A stretch of DNA of 20,000 bases from an uncultured virus (IMG/VR IMGVR_UViG_3300042314_001187) (Duplodnaviria > Heunggongvirae > Uroviricota > Caudoviricetes), in the IMG/VR virus record IMGVR_UViG_3300042314_001187, positions 111,651-131,650 of that record. One strand, given 5' to 3'. This document shows positions 1-8,334 of the stretch, piece by piece. Position numbers and translations under genes: made by a program. The notes below the pieces were generated by a model, which saw only the letters and a list, made by a program, of their open reading frames with translations, searched no databases and was not told where the DNA came from. Position 1 is the stretch's first letter, and each line of letters opens with the position of its first letter.

Positions 1-534
1 GCCTTGTTTTTATCGTTAATGTATGAAAAAGTAAAAGGTCTTGAAATTGAAATACCTTGTCGTACTTATCCTTCAGTTCCTTGTGAGATAATTCACGCTG
101 GTGGTAAGGTTAAATTTAAACAAGTTGAAGGTAAAACATTAAAGGGTTCGTATCAATTAAGTCCTACAAAAGTTTGGGATTCGGCATTATCCTTTACCCA
201 TAATATGTATAAACCAAATACCCATATGTGTATTTCATTCACGGGTCCATATAAACACTTTAAATTATCAAAGGGTGGTGCAATACTAACTGATGATTAT
301 GACGCTTATTTGTGGTTTAAACGGGCTAGATATAGTGGGAGAAGAGAATGTTCTTATCACGATGACCATTTTGACATGATTGGTTGGAATTTTTATATGA
401 TGCCTGAGTTAGCGGCCAGAGGAGTTTTACTTATGAAACAATTTTACAACTTTGATGGTACACCTAAACATAATGAGGATTTGGAATTACCATATCCGGA
501 TTTGTCTAAATTTAAAATATACATTGGTGAATAA
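1..534 (+). CDS. DegT/DnrJ/EryC1/StrS-family PLP-dependent sugar aminotransferase (5' partial, short C-terminus)
   Basis: Frame is open from base 1 (ALFLSL). Motifs VWDSA (family IEDAA), SFTGPYKHFKLSKGGAILTDD (PLP-lysine loop SF..xK...GGA) and GWNFYMMPELAARG (family GYNYRM..LQAA.G). Confidence 0.85.
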   Translation, partial: ALFLSLMYEKVKGLEIEIPCRTYPSVPCEIIHAGGKVKFKQVEGKTLKGSYQLSPTKVWDSALSFTHNMYKPNTHMCISFTGPYKHFKLSKGGAILTDDYDAYLWFKRARYSGRRECSYHDDHFDMIGWNFYMMPELAARGVLLMKQFYNFDGTPKHNEDLELPYPDLSKFKIYIGE

Positions 535-1237
535 ACATATTTGTGTATTTATATGTTACAATAATTTTGAACATATAGTTGAGTGTTTTGAATCGGTAAA
601 AAATTTACCTTTGGACTTTTTTATCGTTGAGAATTTCTCAGAAAACTCAGATAAGATTGAATCGTATTTTAAAAAACAAAACCTTATAGGGCACATTCGT
701 TTTGAAAAAAATATCACCAACAACTCAGTTGATATTATTAAAAAAGATTATGAGAATTTGTTTGAAACCTACGAATATATAACATTTTCTGATTGTGATT
801 TACTTGTTACAAATTCTAAACTATTATTAGATGAAATTTATTTAATTTTGGATTATGAAGATGTTGGTGTTTGTGCGTCCTCATTATGTTTGGATAACTT
901 ACCGAATGTTCCAGGTTCTAATGGTTGGATTCCAGCACCAATATCAATACACGAAGATTATATAAACACAAACACCGGTGTTCATTTTATAACAATTAAG
1001 CAAAAAAATTATAAAATAATAAAAAACATAAAATTTTTAGATTCATTAATGTGTTCAGAAATGAGAAGTAAAGATTTAAAATGGGTTGCAACAAAAAAAA
1101 ATAACGTTAAACACTTAACTTGGGATTTATATCAGGTTGATAATGAGTATCATAACTTTAAATTAAATCGGGCTCATAATTTGTGGACACATAATGAAGT
1201 GTCAGAATATATTGTTTTAACATATAAAAATAAATAA
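527..1237 (+). CDS. GT-A fold (GT2-like) glycosyltransferase; probable GTG start at 527
   Basis: N-terminal ICVFICYNN strand, IVENFS, and DxD motif FSDCD. GTG at 527 is in frame with the 452 ORF and overlaps the upstream stop (GTGAATAA). Confidence 0.7.
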   Translation: MNKHICVFICYNNFEHIVECFESVKNLPLDFFIVENFSENSDKIESYFKKQNLIGHIRFEKNITNNSVDIIKKDYENLFETYEYITFSDCDLLVTNSKLLLDEIYLILDYEDVGVCASSLCLDNLPNVPGSNGWIPAPISIHEDYINTNTGVHFITIKQKNYKIIKNIKFLDSLMCSEMRSKDLKWVATKKNNVKHLTWDLYQVDNEYHNFKLNRAHNLWTHNEVSEYIVLTYKNK

Positions 1238-1293
1238 AATATAATGAATACTGAATTTTTTATCGAAAACGGATTTGTTTAAATTTAAAATAT
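1212..1293 (+). repeat. Left copy of a duplicated gene junction (3' end of upstream GT, spacer, dead 5' end of the PhyH gene)
   Basis: 1243-1276 is identical to 2467-2500 (34 nt). 1212-1237 matches 2421-2446 at 22/26 positions. Confidence 0.9.
1244..1282 (+). pseudogene. 12-codon remnant of the PhyH gene start (MNTEFFIENGFV*)
   Basis: First 11 codons are identical to ORF 2468. An extra G at 1277 shifts the frame into TAA at 1280-1282. Confidence 0.85.
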
Positions 1294-2418
1294 ATGAAAA
1301 TGAGTAAAAATTATAGAGGATTAATTGTTGATATTTTATTCCCAAACAGATATTCTATATGGAGGAACGTAGAAATAAAAAATTTTATTCAAGAATATGA
1401 TGTTGACATTTTAGTTAGTAAAGTAAACAGTTACGCGGGTATTACCTTCGATTTTGATTGGGAATTTATTAACTCAGATGGCTTATTGCAAGATTATAAT
1501 ATTCTTATTTTTGATAATAAATATAACTTTATAAATATGTGGAACTCAAATCTGGATGGTACTCAGTATAATACAAATAATGGTTTTTCATATTTGATAA
1601 CGAAAAAAAATGTTTTTGATTTGAGTTCTTATGATTTTATTTATCATATATTTTTGATGTGTTATGACCGTTTTAATCAAGTGTTTAATTATGATATAAA
1701 TAAACAATTTATTCATTTATATCCAGGTGGGGGATTTTTTGGTGACGTTACTCGATTACCTAATGACGTTAATTTAATTTCAACACATCCAGTAACAACT
1801 AAAAAAATAGAATTAAATAACCATACTAATTTTATTAATGCTTGGACTGCCCCATTAATGGGTAAAAATGAAAAATTTGTCAAATCTAAAAATAGGGATA
1901 ACCGAGACTTCACTGTTTGTTTTTCAAGTATGGGTCCGGCGAATGAAAAGGGTTTAACTGAGTACCATTTATTATCTTCAGAATATTCATCATTATATCC
2001 TAATGATAATGTTAGATTTATCACTATAGGTAATAACAACTCAACTTATGGTCCAATGGATTATATTTCTCTGCTTGATTTTTATGAGAAAAATGTTGAT
2101 ATTTATATTAATTTATCAACAAAAGAAGCATTTAATGGGTGGCCATTAGGTTTAGATTCGGTAATTAGAGGGTGTGTGTTAATAACTACTGACCCTGATA
2201 ATATAAAAAACGAATATAAACCATTAACTGATGATGAATTTTACATAGTAAATGATTATAAAGATTCAATACCTATTATAAAATTATTATTTGAAGATGT
2301 TGAAATCTTAAACAAGAAATCAAATCAATGTCAAGATTATTTTAAAGACTATTTTGATTACGATAATAATCAAGAAAAAATTTTTAATTTCATAAACAAT
2401 AAAATGTTACACCGGTAA
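1294..2418 (+). CDS. GT-B fold (GT4-like) glycosyltransferase, divergent
   Basis: C-terminal DIYINLSTKEAFNGWPLGLDSVIRGCVLITTD resembles the GT4 motif D.fv.pS..EgFg...lEAma.G.PvittD. 374 aa, in a glycan-gene context. Confidence 0.6.
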   Translation: MKMSKNYRGLIVDILFPNRYSIWRNVEIKNFIQEYDVDILVSKVNSYAGITFDFDWEFINSDGLLQDYNILIFDNKYNFINMWNSNLDGTQYNTNNGFSYLITKKNVFDLSSYDFIYHIFLMCYDRFNQVFNYDINKQFIHLYPGGGFFGDVTRLPNDVNLISTHPVTTKKIELNNHTNFINAWTAPLMGKNEKFVKSKNRDNRDFTVCFSSMGPANEKGLTEYHLLSSEYSSLYPNDNVRFITIGNNNSTYGPMDYISLLDFYEKNVDIYINLSTKEAFNGWPLGLDSVIRGCVLITTDPDNIKNEYKPLTDDEFYIVNDYKDSIPIIKLLFEDVEILNKKSNQCQDYFKDYFDYDNNQEKIFNFINNKMLHR

Positions 2419-2420
2419 TG

Positions 2421-2517
2421 TTGTTTTAATATAAAGGAATAAATAAATAAATAAATAAATAAATAAAATGAATACTGAATTTTTTATCGAAAACGGATTT
2501 TTTAAATTAAAAAATAT
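2421..2517 (+). repeat. Right copy of the duplicated junction, with an (AATA)7 microsatellite at 2438-2465
   Basis: Direct sequence match to 1212-1293. Seven perfect AATA units end two bases before ATG 2468. Confidence 0.9.
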
Positions 2518-3334
2518 TTCAAAAGAATTATGCGAAGAGTCTTTAAGTATTATTAAAAATAATAGGATTTTCGGACCTAATTTATTTTTAGATGAGTCTG
2601 AGTTTAATAACCAAACAGTTAGATGGGGGACAAATCCAAAACCTGGTAGGAATTTAACTGAGAAATTAAATATTGACTTAATTATTGATGAAATAAAAGA
2701 TGAAATAACTGAAGTTTTAGGTGACGGTTTTGAAATGATGTTTCCTAAAGTTATTTGTGGTGTACCTGAATCGTGGTTACCTGAATATGTTAAAGAAGAA
2801 ATACATATGAATGCAATCCCTAATTTAGGTGCTTTTATAAAACCTGAATATAGAGATATAACCTATTTTCACGGTATTGATTACCATCAAGACATTATAG
2901 ATTATAAAGATAGAGTTACTGATTTTATCACACTTTATGTTTATTTAGATGATGTTAGTGAAAATGACGCACCATTATACATTTTACCTAAAACCCATAT
3001 CCAAGGATGTCACACATTTCCACACGATTTAACATCGGAAGATAATAAAAGTTACATATATAATGGGACTCAAATAACTGAAGAATTGGTTTTAACAGGT
3101 GATGTAGGTACGTGTTATTTTTGGCATTCGTGTTTATTACATGGGACACAACCAACTAAAAATAGTAAAGAAAGAATATCGTTACGTTTTTTAATTTCTA
3201 GAAAAAGGAGTTTGATTGATTTATGTAATGACAAAATAAATGGTGACTTAAAATTAACCGTAACTAGAATTGATGTTGATGAAAATCATGTTCCAATAAT
3301 TAAGGGTAATATACTAAGAAATAAAACTAATTAA
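2468..3334 (+). CDS. PhyH-like 2-oxoglutarate/Fe(II) dioxygenase
   Basis: FFIENGFFKL N-terminus, HxD motif (YHQD), ITLYVYLDDV..NDAPLYILPKTH, and distal His and Arg in WHSCLLHGTQP...RISL. Confidence 0.85.
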   Translation: MNTEFFIENGFFKLKNISKELCEESLSIIKNNRIFGPNLFLDESEFNNQTVRWGTNPKPGRNLTEKLNIDLIIDEIKDEITEVLGDGFEMMFPKVICGVPESWLPEYVKEEIHMNAIPNLGAFIKPEYRDITYFHGIDYHQDIIDYKDRVTDFITLYVYLDDVSENDAPLYILPKTHIQGCHTFPHDLTSEDNKSYIYNGTQITEELVLTGDVGTCYFWHSCLLHGTQPTKNSKERISLRFLISRKRSLIDLCNDKINGDLKLTVTRIDVDENHVPIIKGNILRNKTN

Positions 3335-3336
3335 TT

Positions 3337-3897
3337 ATGTTTATTAAAGATGTGGAATCAATTGGGTTTAAGAACGTTGGTAAAAATGTTCTAATCTCAG
3401 ACAAATCAACTATTTATAATGCTAAAAATATTGAAATTGGCGATAACGTTAGGATTGATGATTTTTGTGTTATTAGTGCAGGTGAAGGTGGTATTAAATT
3501 AGGAAACAACATCCATATTGCGGTGTTTTGTTCGATAATTGGTAATGGGGGTGTCATTATGAATGATTTTTCAGGTCTATCATCCAGAGTTTCGATTTAT
3601 AGTTCGACCGACGATTATAGTGGTAATTATTTGACAAACCCAACTATAGATAAAAAATTTACTAATGTGATATCAGGTGATGTGTATATTGGTAAACATG
3701 TAATTATTGGGTCAGGTACAATAGTATTACCTAATGTTAAAATAAATGATTATAGTTCTGTGGGTGCTTTATCTTTAATTAATAAAGATGTTGATGAATT
3801 AAAAATTGTTGCTGGTGTTCCCGCAAAAGAAATTAAAAATAGAAATAAAAACCTGATAAAATTAGAAAATGATTTTTTAAATTATATTAAAAAATAA
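3337..3897 (+). CDS. Hexapeptide-repeat (left-handed beta-helix) sugar acyltransferase
   Basis: Repeats IEIGDNVRID, IKLGNNIHIA and VYIGKHVIIGSGTIVLPNVKI, with C-terminal VAGVPAKEIKNR. Confidence 0.9.
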   Translation: MFIKDVESIGFKNVGKNVLISDKSTIYNAKNIEIGDNVRIDDFCVISAGEGGIKLGNNIHIAVFCSIIGNGGVIMNDFSGLSSRVSIYSSTDDYSGNYLTNPTIDKKFTNVISGDVYIGKHVIIGSGTIVLPNVKINDYSSVGALSLINKDVDELKIVAGVPAKEIKNRNKNLIKLENDFLNYIKK

Positions 3898-3901
3898 AAA
3901 T

Positions 3902-4606
3902 ATGAAATTAGCTATCAACATACCAACCTATTATAGAAGTGATGGAAAATCAATATCATTTTTAAAAACAGCGTTAGATTCGGTGTTTAATCAAACACAC
4001 CAAGATTTTAAAATATATTTAATTGGTGATAAATATGAAAATGAACCTGAACTTATTGATTTGGTTTCAACTTACGATTCAGATAGATTATTTTTTAAAA
4101 ACTTACCATATGCAAAAGAAAGAGATAAATACATTGATAATAAATGGGCATTATGGTCATATGGGGGTATAAACGCAACTAATATTGGGGTTGAGGCAGC
4201 ATTAAACGATGGTTATGAATACATTTGTCATTTAGACCACGATGATTGGTGGTTATCAAATCATTTATTTGAGATTAATAAATGTATTGAAGAAACAAAT
4301 GCTGATTGGATTTGTACTAAATCAACGTATGAACATTCGTATTTACCAAACATTGAAAGTTCTGAACTATATCACGAATTTCTCCCCAAAAATGCGGGAT
4401 TAATACATTCTTCAGTTTGTATGAATTTTAAAACAATACCTCTTAGATATCGTGATTTATTTGAATTAAATAACTTTGTTGGGTTACCAGCTGATGCGGA
4501 TTTATGGGAAAGATGTCGAATGGTGATACAATCGTCAAATTTAAAGAGTATCTTTATTAATAAATTAACATGTCGACATGATGAAGAGGGGTATCATAAA
4601 CCTTAA
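3902..4606 (+). CDS. GT2-family glycosyltransferase
   Basis: INIPTY, ALDSVFNQTHQDFKIYLIGD, DxD motif HLDHDDWW, HSSV and ADADLW. Confidence 0.85.
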   Translation: MKLAINIPTYYRSDGKSISFLKTALDSVFNQTHQDFKIYLIGDKYENEPELIDLVSTYDSDRLFFKNLPYAKERDKYIDNKWALWSYGGINATNIGVEAALNDGYEYICHLDHDDWWLSNHLFEINKCIEETNADWICTKSTYEHSYLPNIESSELYHEFLPKNAGLIHSSVCMNFKTIPLRYRDLFELNNFVGLPADADLWERCRMVIQSSNLKSIFINKLTCRHDEEGYHKP

Positions 4607-4624
4607 ATAAAAATAAAAATAAAA

Positions 4625-5284
4625 ATGATGAATAAAACATTAAACGAACTTGAGTTTCAAATTACTGAAGAATCAATAAATAATTTAAACGAGATTATCT
4701 CAACAATGGACGGTAAAACATTCCATAACCATTATCATATTTTATATGACATCTGTAATTCAATTGAACATGATGATGTAACATACTTTGAAATTGGTGC
4801 GTATGGTGGTGGTTCGGCATCATTAATGTCAAGTAACCCTAAAGTTAAAAAGTCATATAGTTTAGATATTGGTGTTCCAATTAATAAACAAATACCAATA
4901 AATAATGTTAATAGATTTAAACATAATGATTGTGTGTATGAATATATTGAAGGTGACTCGACCAATAATGAAATTGTTAAATTAGTGAGTGAAAAGGTAA
5001 ATAATGTCGATATTTTATTTATTGATGGTGACCATAGTAGAAATGCGGTAATTAATGATTTTAATAATTATGAAAAAATTGTTAAAAAAAATGGTTACAT
5101 TGTTTTTGATGATTATATGGATGAAGTGTATAGTCCAGAAGTTTTTGGTGCGGTTAATGACATTGTTAGAGGATTAAATCCCGATGAATATAAGATAATA
5201 GGTAGTATTCAATATGATTTAATACAAAAAACAAATTGTCCTTATTTAAAAAGTAGTAATGAATTTATAATTCAAAAAATATAA
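4625..5284 (+). CDS. Class I SAM-dependent methyltransferase (Methyltransf_24-like), copy A
   Basis: FEIGAYGGGS, IEGDS, DILFIDGDHS and GYIVFDDY. Confidence 0.88.
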   Translation: MMNKTLNELEFQITEESINNLNEIISTMDGKTFHNHYHILYDICNSIEHDDVTYFEIGAYGGGSASLMSSNPKVKKSYSLDIGVPINKQIPINNVNRFKHNDCVYEYIEGDSTNNEIVKLVSEKVNNVDILFIDGDHSRNAVINDFNNYEKIVKKNGYIVFDDYMDEVYSPEVFGAVNDIVRGLNPDEYKIIGSIQYDLIQKTNCPYLKSSNEFIIQKI

Positions 5285-5300
5285 TAACCCTTAAATAAAA

Positions 5301-5960
5301 ATGATGAATAAAACATTAAACGAACTTGAGTTTCAAATTACTGAAGAATCAATAAATATATTAAATAATATTGTTAATAATATTGGAGCTCACCAACTAC
5401 ATAATCATAACCATATATTATATGACATCTGTAATTCAATTGAACATGATGATGTAACATACTTTGAAATTGGTTCATATGCAGGTGCTTCGGCGTCATT
5501 AATGTCAAGTAACCCTAAAGTTAAAAAGTCGTATAGTTTAGATAACGGAGACTCAATCAATAAAGAAGTCCCAATAAATAATGTTAATAGATTTAAACAT
5601 AATGATTGTGTTTATGAACATATTGAAGGGGATTCGGCAAATGATGAAATTGTTAAATTAGTTAATGAGAAGGTAAATAATGTTGATATCTTATATATTG
5701 ACGGAGACCATAGTGAGAGTTACGTTATTAATGATTTTAATAATTATGAAAAAATTGTTAAAAAAAATGGTTATATTGTTTTTGATGATTATATGGATAA
5801 TGTGTATTGTCCTCAAGTCTTCGGGGCGGTTAATGATATTGTTAGAAATTTAAATCCAAATGAATATAAAATAATAGGTAGTATTCAATATGATTTAATA
5901 CAAAAAACAAATTGTCCTTATTTAAAAAGTAGTAATTTATTTATAATTAAAAAAATATGA
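5301..5960 (+). CDS. Class I SAM-dependent methyltransferase (Methyltransf_24-like), copy B
   Basis: FEIGSYAGAS, DILYIDGDHS and GYIVFDDY. Same length as copy A (219 aa), 35 aa differences by manual count. Confidence 0.88.
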   Translation: MMNKTLNELEFQITEESINILNNIVNNIGAHQLHNHNHILYDICNSIEHDDVTYFEIGSYAGASASLMSSNPKVKKSYSLDNGDSINKEVPINNVNRFKHNDCVYEHIEGDSANDEIVKLVNEKVNNVDILYIDGDHSESYVINDFNNYEKIVKKNGYIVFDDYMDNVYCPQVFGAVNDIVRNLNPNEYKIIGSIQYDLIQKTNCPYLKSSNLFIIKKI

Positions 5961-7471
5961 TAACTGTTATATATTCAACTCACAAAGACTCTGAGTATAA
6001 TAAAAAATTTAAAAAACATATTTTAGAATCTATCGGTGTTAAAAATCCTCAGATTTTAGAAGTCGAAAATCGAAATGAATATTCATTGTCGACAGTTTAT
6101 AATTTAGGGTTAGAAATCTCGGAAAATAATATTATCGTTTGTTGTCATAATGACATTAAACTTGAGAAAAATTGGGGAAAAAGATTATTAGAGGATTTCA
6201 ATAGTAATCCCGATTATGGGATTATTGGTAAGGCGGGTAGTTGTTATTTTCCTGAGTCAGGTGTTTATTGGGAAAGGATGAATCAAACAATGGTCGGTCA
6301 AGTTTATCATCACCCTGATGGGTCTAAAAAATGGTTAAGTAAATACTCTCCAAAATTACCATTTTTAATTCCAGTAGTAACTATTGATGGTTTATTTATA
6401 TCGTTTGATAAAACAAAAATTAAACATCAATTCGATGAATCAATTGGTAGATTTCATTTCTACGACCATTTATTTTGTTTACCAAATTATTTGTCAGGTG
6501 TTAAAATTGGTGTCACATCGTCCTTTGAAATAACACATCAATCAGTCGGTCAACCAAATCAAGAATTTTTTCAATCAAAAGAATTATTCCTTAAAAAATA
6601 TGGTAAAAACCTACCCTTAGAATTAAAACCTGAAACTATTTTCGTACCAACAATTAATGAAAAACCATTAAAAAATATTGGTAAAATGGCGGTTATTATA
6701 CCAACAAAAGGTAAAGTTGATATGTTACTTAATTGTGTTAATTCTTTTTATCAGTATTGTAATTCTGACTTATTTGATATCTACATTGCTGACACAGGGT
6801 CAACTAACGAAGAAAAAGATTGGATTAGAAATAATATTTTAAATATGGGTAACATCAAATTACTTGAGTTTGATTATTATAATTTTGCCAAAATTAATAA
6901 TGAAGTGGTTAAAAATCATATTGGTGATGAATATGAGTTTTTATTGTTTTGTAACAACGATATCAAATTATTAAATAATGTTGTTTATGGTATGTTAAAA
7001 ACGTTTAAAGAAAAACTTAAAACCGGTACAATTGGTTGTCGATTACATTTTGAGGATAATACAGTACAACACGACGGTGTAAGAATATTTTTCAATCAAA
7101 AAAATAATAGCTTAGGTTTAACACATTATGGGTTAGGTAATTATTTTAATTACACAATTAGTAATAAAAACGGTATCGGGTCAACAGGTGCATTATTGGG
7201 TGTTAGAAGAAAATCATTTATAAATGCCGGAATGTTTAATGAAGATTATAATAATTGTTTTGAAGACGTTGAATTAAATTTAAAATTAATAATTTTAGGT
7301 TTTGAAAATGTTTTTGACGGTTCTTTAGTTGCATATCATTACGAAAGTCAGACAAGAAAAGAATTAAGTAATCATAATGAAACTATGGGTAAAGACTTAA
7401 ATAATACGTTATTACCTTTTATTTATAAAAACAATAAATATTTTAAACAATTTATTGACGTTGTACAATAA
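5957..7471 (+). CDS. Two-domain glycosyltransferase (N-terminal GT-A/Glyco_tranf_2_5-like plus C-terminal GT2)
   Basis: Domain 1: CCHNDI, GIIGKAG, VTIDGLFI, FHFYDH. Domain 2: VIIPTK, IADTGST, LFCNNDI, FEDVELNLK, YHYESQTR. Confidence 0.88.
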   Translation: MITVIYSTHKDSEYNKKFKKHILESIGVKNPQILEVENRNEYSLSTVYNLGLEISENNIIVCCHNDIKLEKNWGKRLLEDFNSNPDYGIIGKAGSCYFPESGVYWERMNQTMVGQVYHHPDGSKKWLSKYSPKLPFLIPVVTIDGLFISFDKTKIKHQFDESIGRFHFYDHLFCLPNYLSGVKIGVTSSFEITHQSVGQPNQEFFQSKELFLKKYGKNLPLELKPETIFVPTINEKPLKNIGKMAVIIPTKGKVDMLLNCVNSFYQYCNSDLFDIYIADTGSTNEEKDWIRNNILNMGNIKLLEFDYYNFAKINNEVVKNHIGDEYEFLLFCNNDIKLLNNVVYGMLKTFKEKLKTGTIGCRLHFEDNTVQHDGVRIFFNQKNNSLGLTHYGLGNYFNYTISNKNGIGSTGALLGVRRKSFINAGMFNEDYNNCFEDVELNLKLIILGFENVFDGSLVAYHYESQTRKELSNHNETMGKDLNNTLLPFIYKNNKYFKQFIDVVQ

Positions 7472-7529
7472 TAAATAAGAATCAAAAATTGATGAATTTA
7501 AATAGTTATTGTATTTTTAATATATTAAC

Positions 7530-7537
7530 TATTTATT
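7530..7537 (+). promoter_or_regulatory. TATTTAT motif (candidate phage late promoter) upstream of phoH
   Basis: TATTTATT ends 18 nt before ATG 7556. It is a 7/8 match to the motif seen before other genes. Confidence 0.35.
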
Positions 7538-7555
7538 GTTATAAAAAAAAATTAT

Positions 7556-8329
7556 ATGGGTAGAGGTAGAAAACCAATTACAACCCCAACATCTGAGGTT
7601 GAGAAATTACCAACAAAAGTTTTAGTAGTTGATAAAAAAGAATTTGATACTGCTAAACTTTTAGACCACATCAGTGTGAGAGTCCAATGTAAAAACGAGA
7701 CTCAAAAAAAATTAATCAAAACTATTAAGGAAAAAGAAATTACAATCGTCTCAGGTTTACCTGGAACGGGTAAGACTTTCTTAGCGTGTGCTGAAGCTCT
7801 TAAAATGGTTAAAAATCACGAATTTAAACAAATCATTTTAGTTAAGTCAGTAACACAATTAAAAGGTGAAGAAACAGGTTTCTTACCCGGTGATATTAAA
7901 GAAAAGTTAGAACCATTTATGATTTCATTTATTGATAACTTTGAGAAAATTGTTGGTGAAGAAATTACTAATAAGTTAAGGGAATCCGGTATTATAAAAA
8001 TACAACCATTAGCTTTTATTAGGGGACGTTCAATTGATAATTCAATTATCATTGCGGATGAGTGTCAAAATATAACATTAGAAAATATGAAGACATTACT
8101 AACTAGAATTGGTGATAATTCTAAAATGGTAATTCTTGGTGATACAAAACAAAAAGACATCAGAAATAAAAAAGAATCTTCATTAGAAATTGTCTATAAA
8201 ATGTTTGAAGACGAGTCTGAGTTTGGTTGTGTTTCATTAAATAATCCTGATGAAATTGTAAGAAACAAGATTATAAAAATCATCGAACAAAAATTCGACG
8301 ATTACGAAGAAAATAAAGGTAAATTATAA
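7556..8329 (+). CDS. phoH: PhoH-family ATPase
   Basis: Walker A GLPGTGKT, GFLPGDIKEKLEPF, PLAFIRGRSIDNSIIIADECQN, LLTRIG and ILGDTKQKD. Confidence 0.95.
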   Translation: MGRGRKPITTPTSEVEKLPTKVLVVDKKEFDTAKLLDHISVRVQCKNETQKKLIKTIKEKEITIVSGLPGTGKTFLACAEALKMVKNHEFKQIILVKSVTQLKGEETGFLPGDIKEKLEPFMISFIDNFEKIVGEEITNKLRESGIIKIQPLAFIRGRSIDNSIIIADECQNITLENMKTLLTRIGDNSKMVILGDTKQKDIRNKKESSLEIVYKMFEDESEFGCVSLNNPDEIVRNKIIKIIEQKFDDYEENKGKL

Positions 8330-8334
8330 TATTG

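Larger units (their letters stand above)
4601..5964 (+). repeat. Tandem duplication of the methyltransferase gene with flanks (units about 4601-5288 and 5289-5964)
   Basis: Both units start CCTTAAAT(AAAAAT)nGATGAATAAAAC and end AAAAAATAT(A/G)ATAAC. Confidence 0.92.

Noticed and set aside
452..526. N-terminal extension of ORF 452-1237 in the ORF track
   Set aside because: It overlaps the aminotransferase gene by 83 nt. GTG at 527 gives a typical short overlap and starts right at the GT-A first strand.
1212..2517. IS/transposon or integron cassette
   Set aside because: No transposase or integrase, terminal inverted repeats or attC-like palindrome. The repeats are copies of ordinary gene ends.
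4625..5960. Diversity-generating retroelement (TR/VR pair) as an explanation for the methyltransferase copies
   Set aside because: Differences are not adenine-specific, both copies are full ORFs, and no reverse transcriptase is present in the window.
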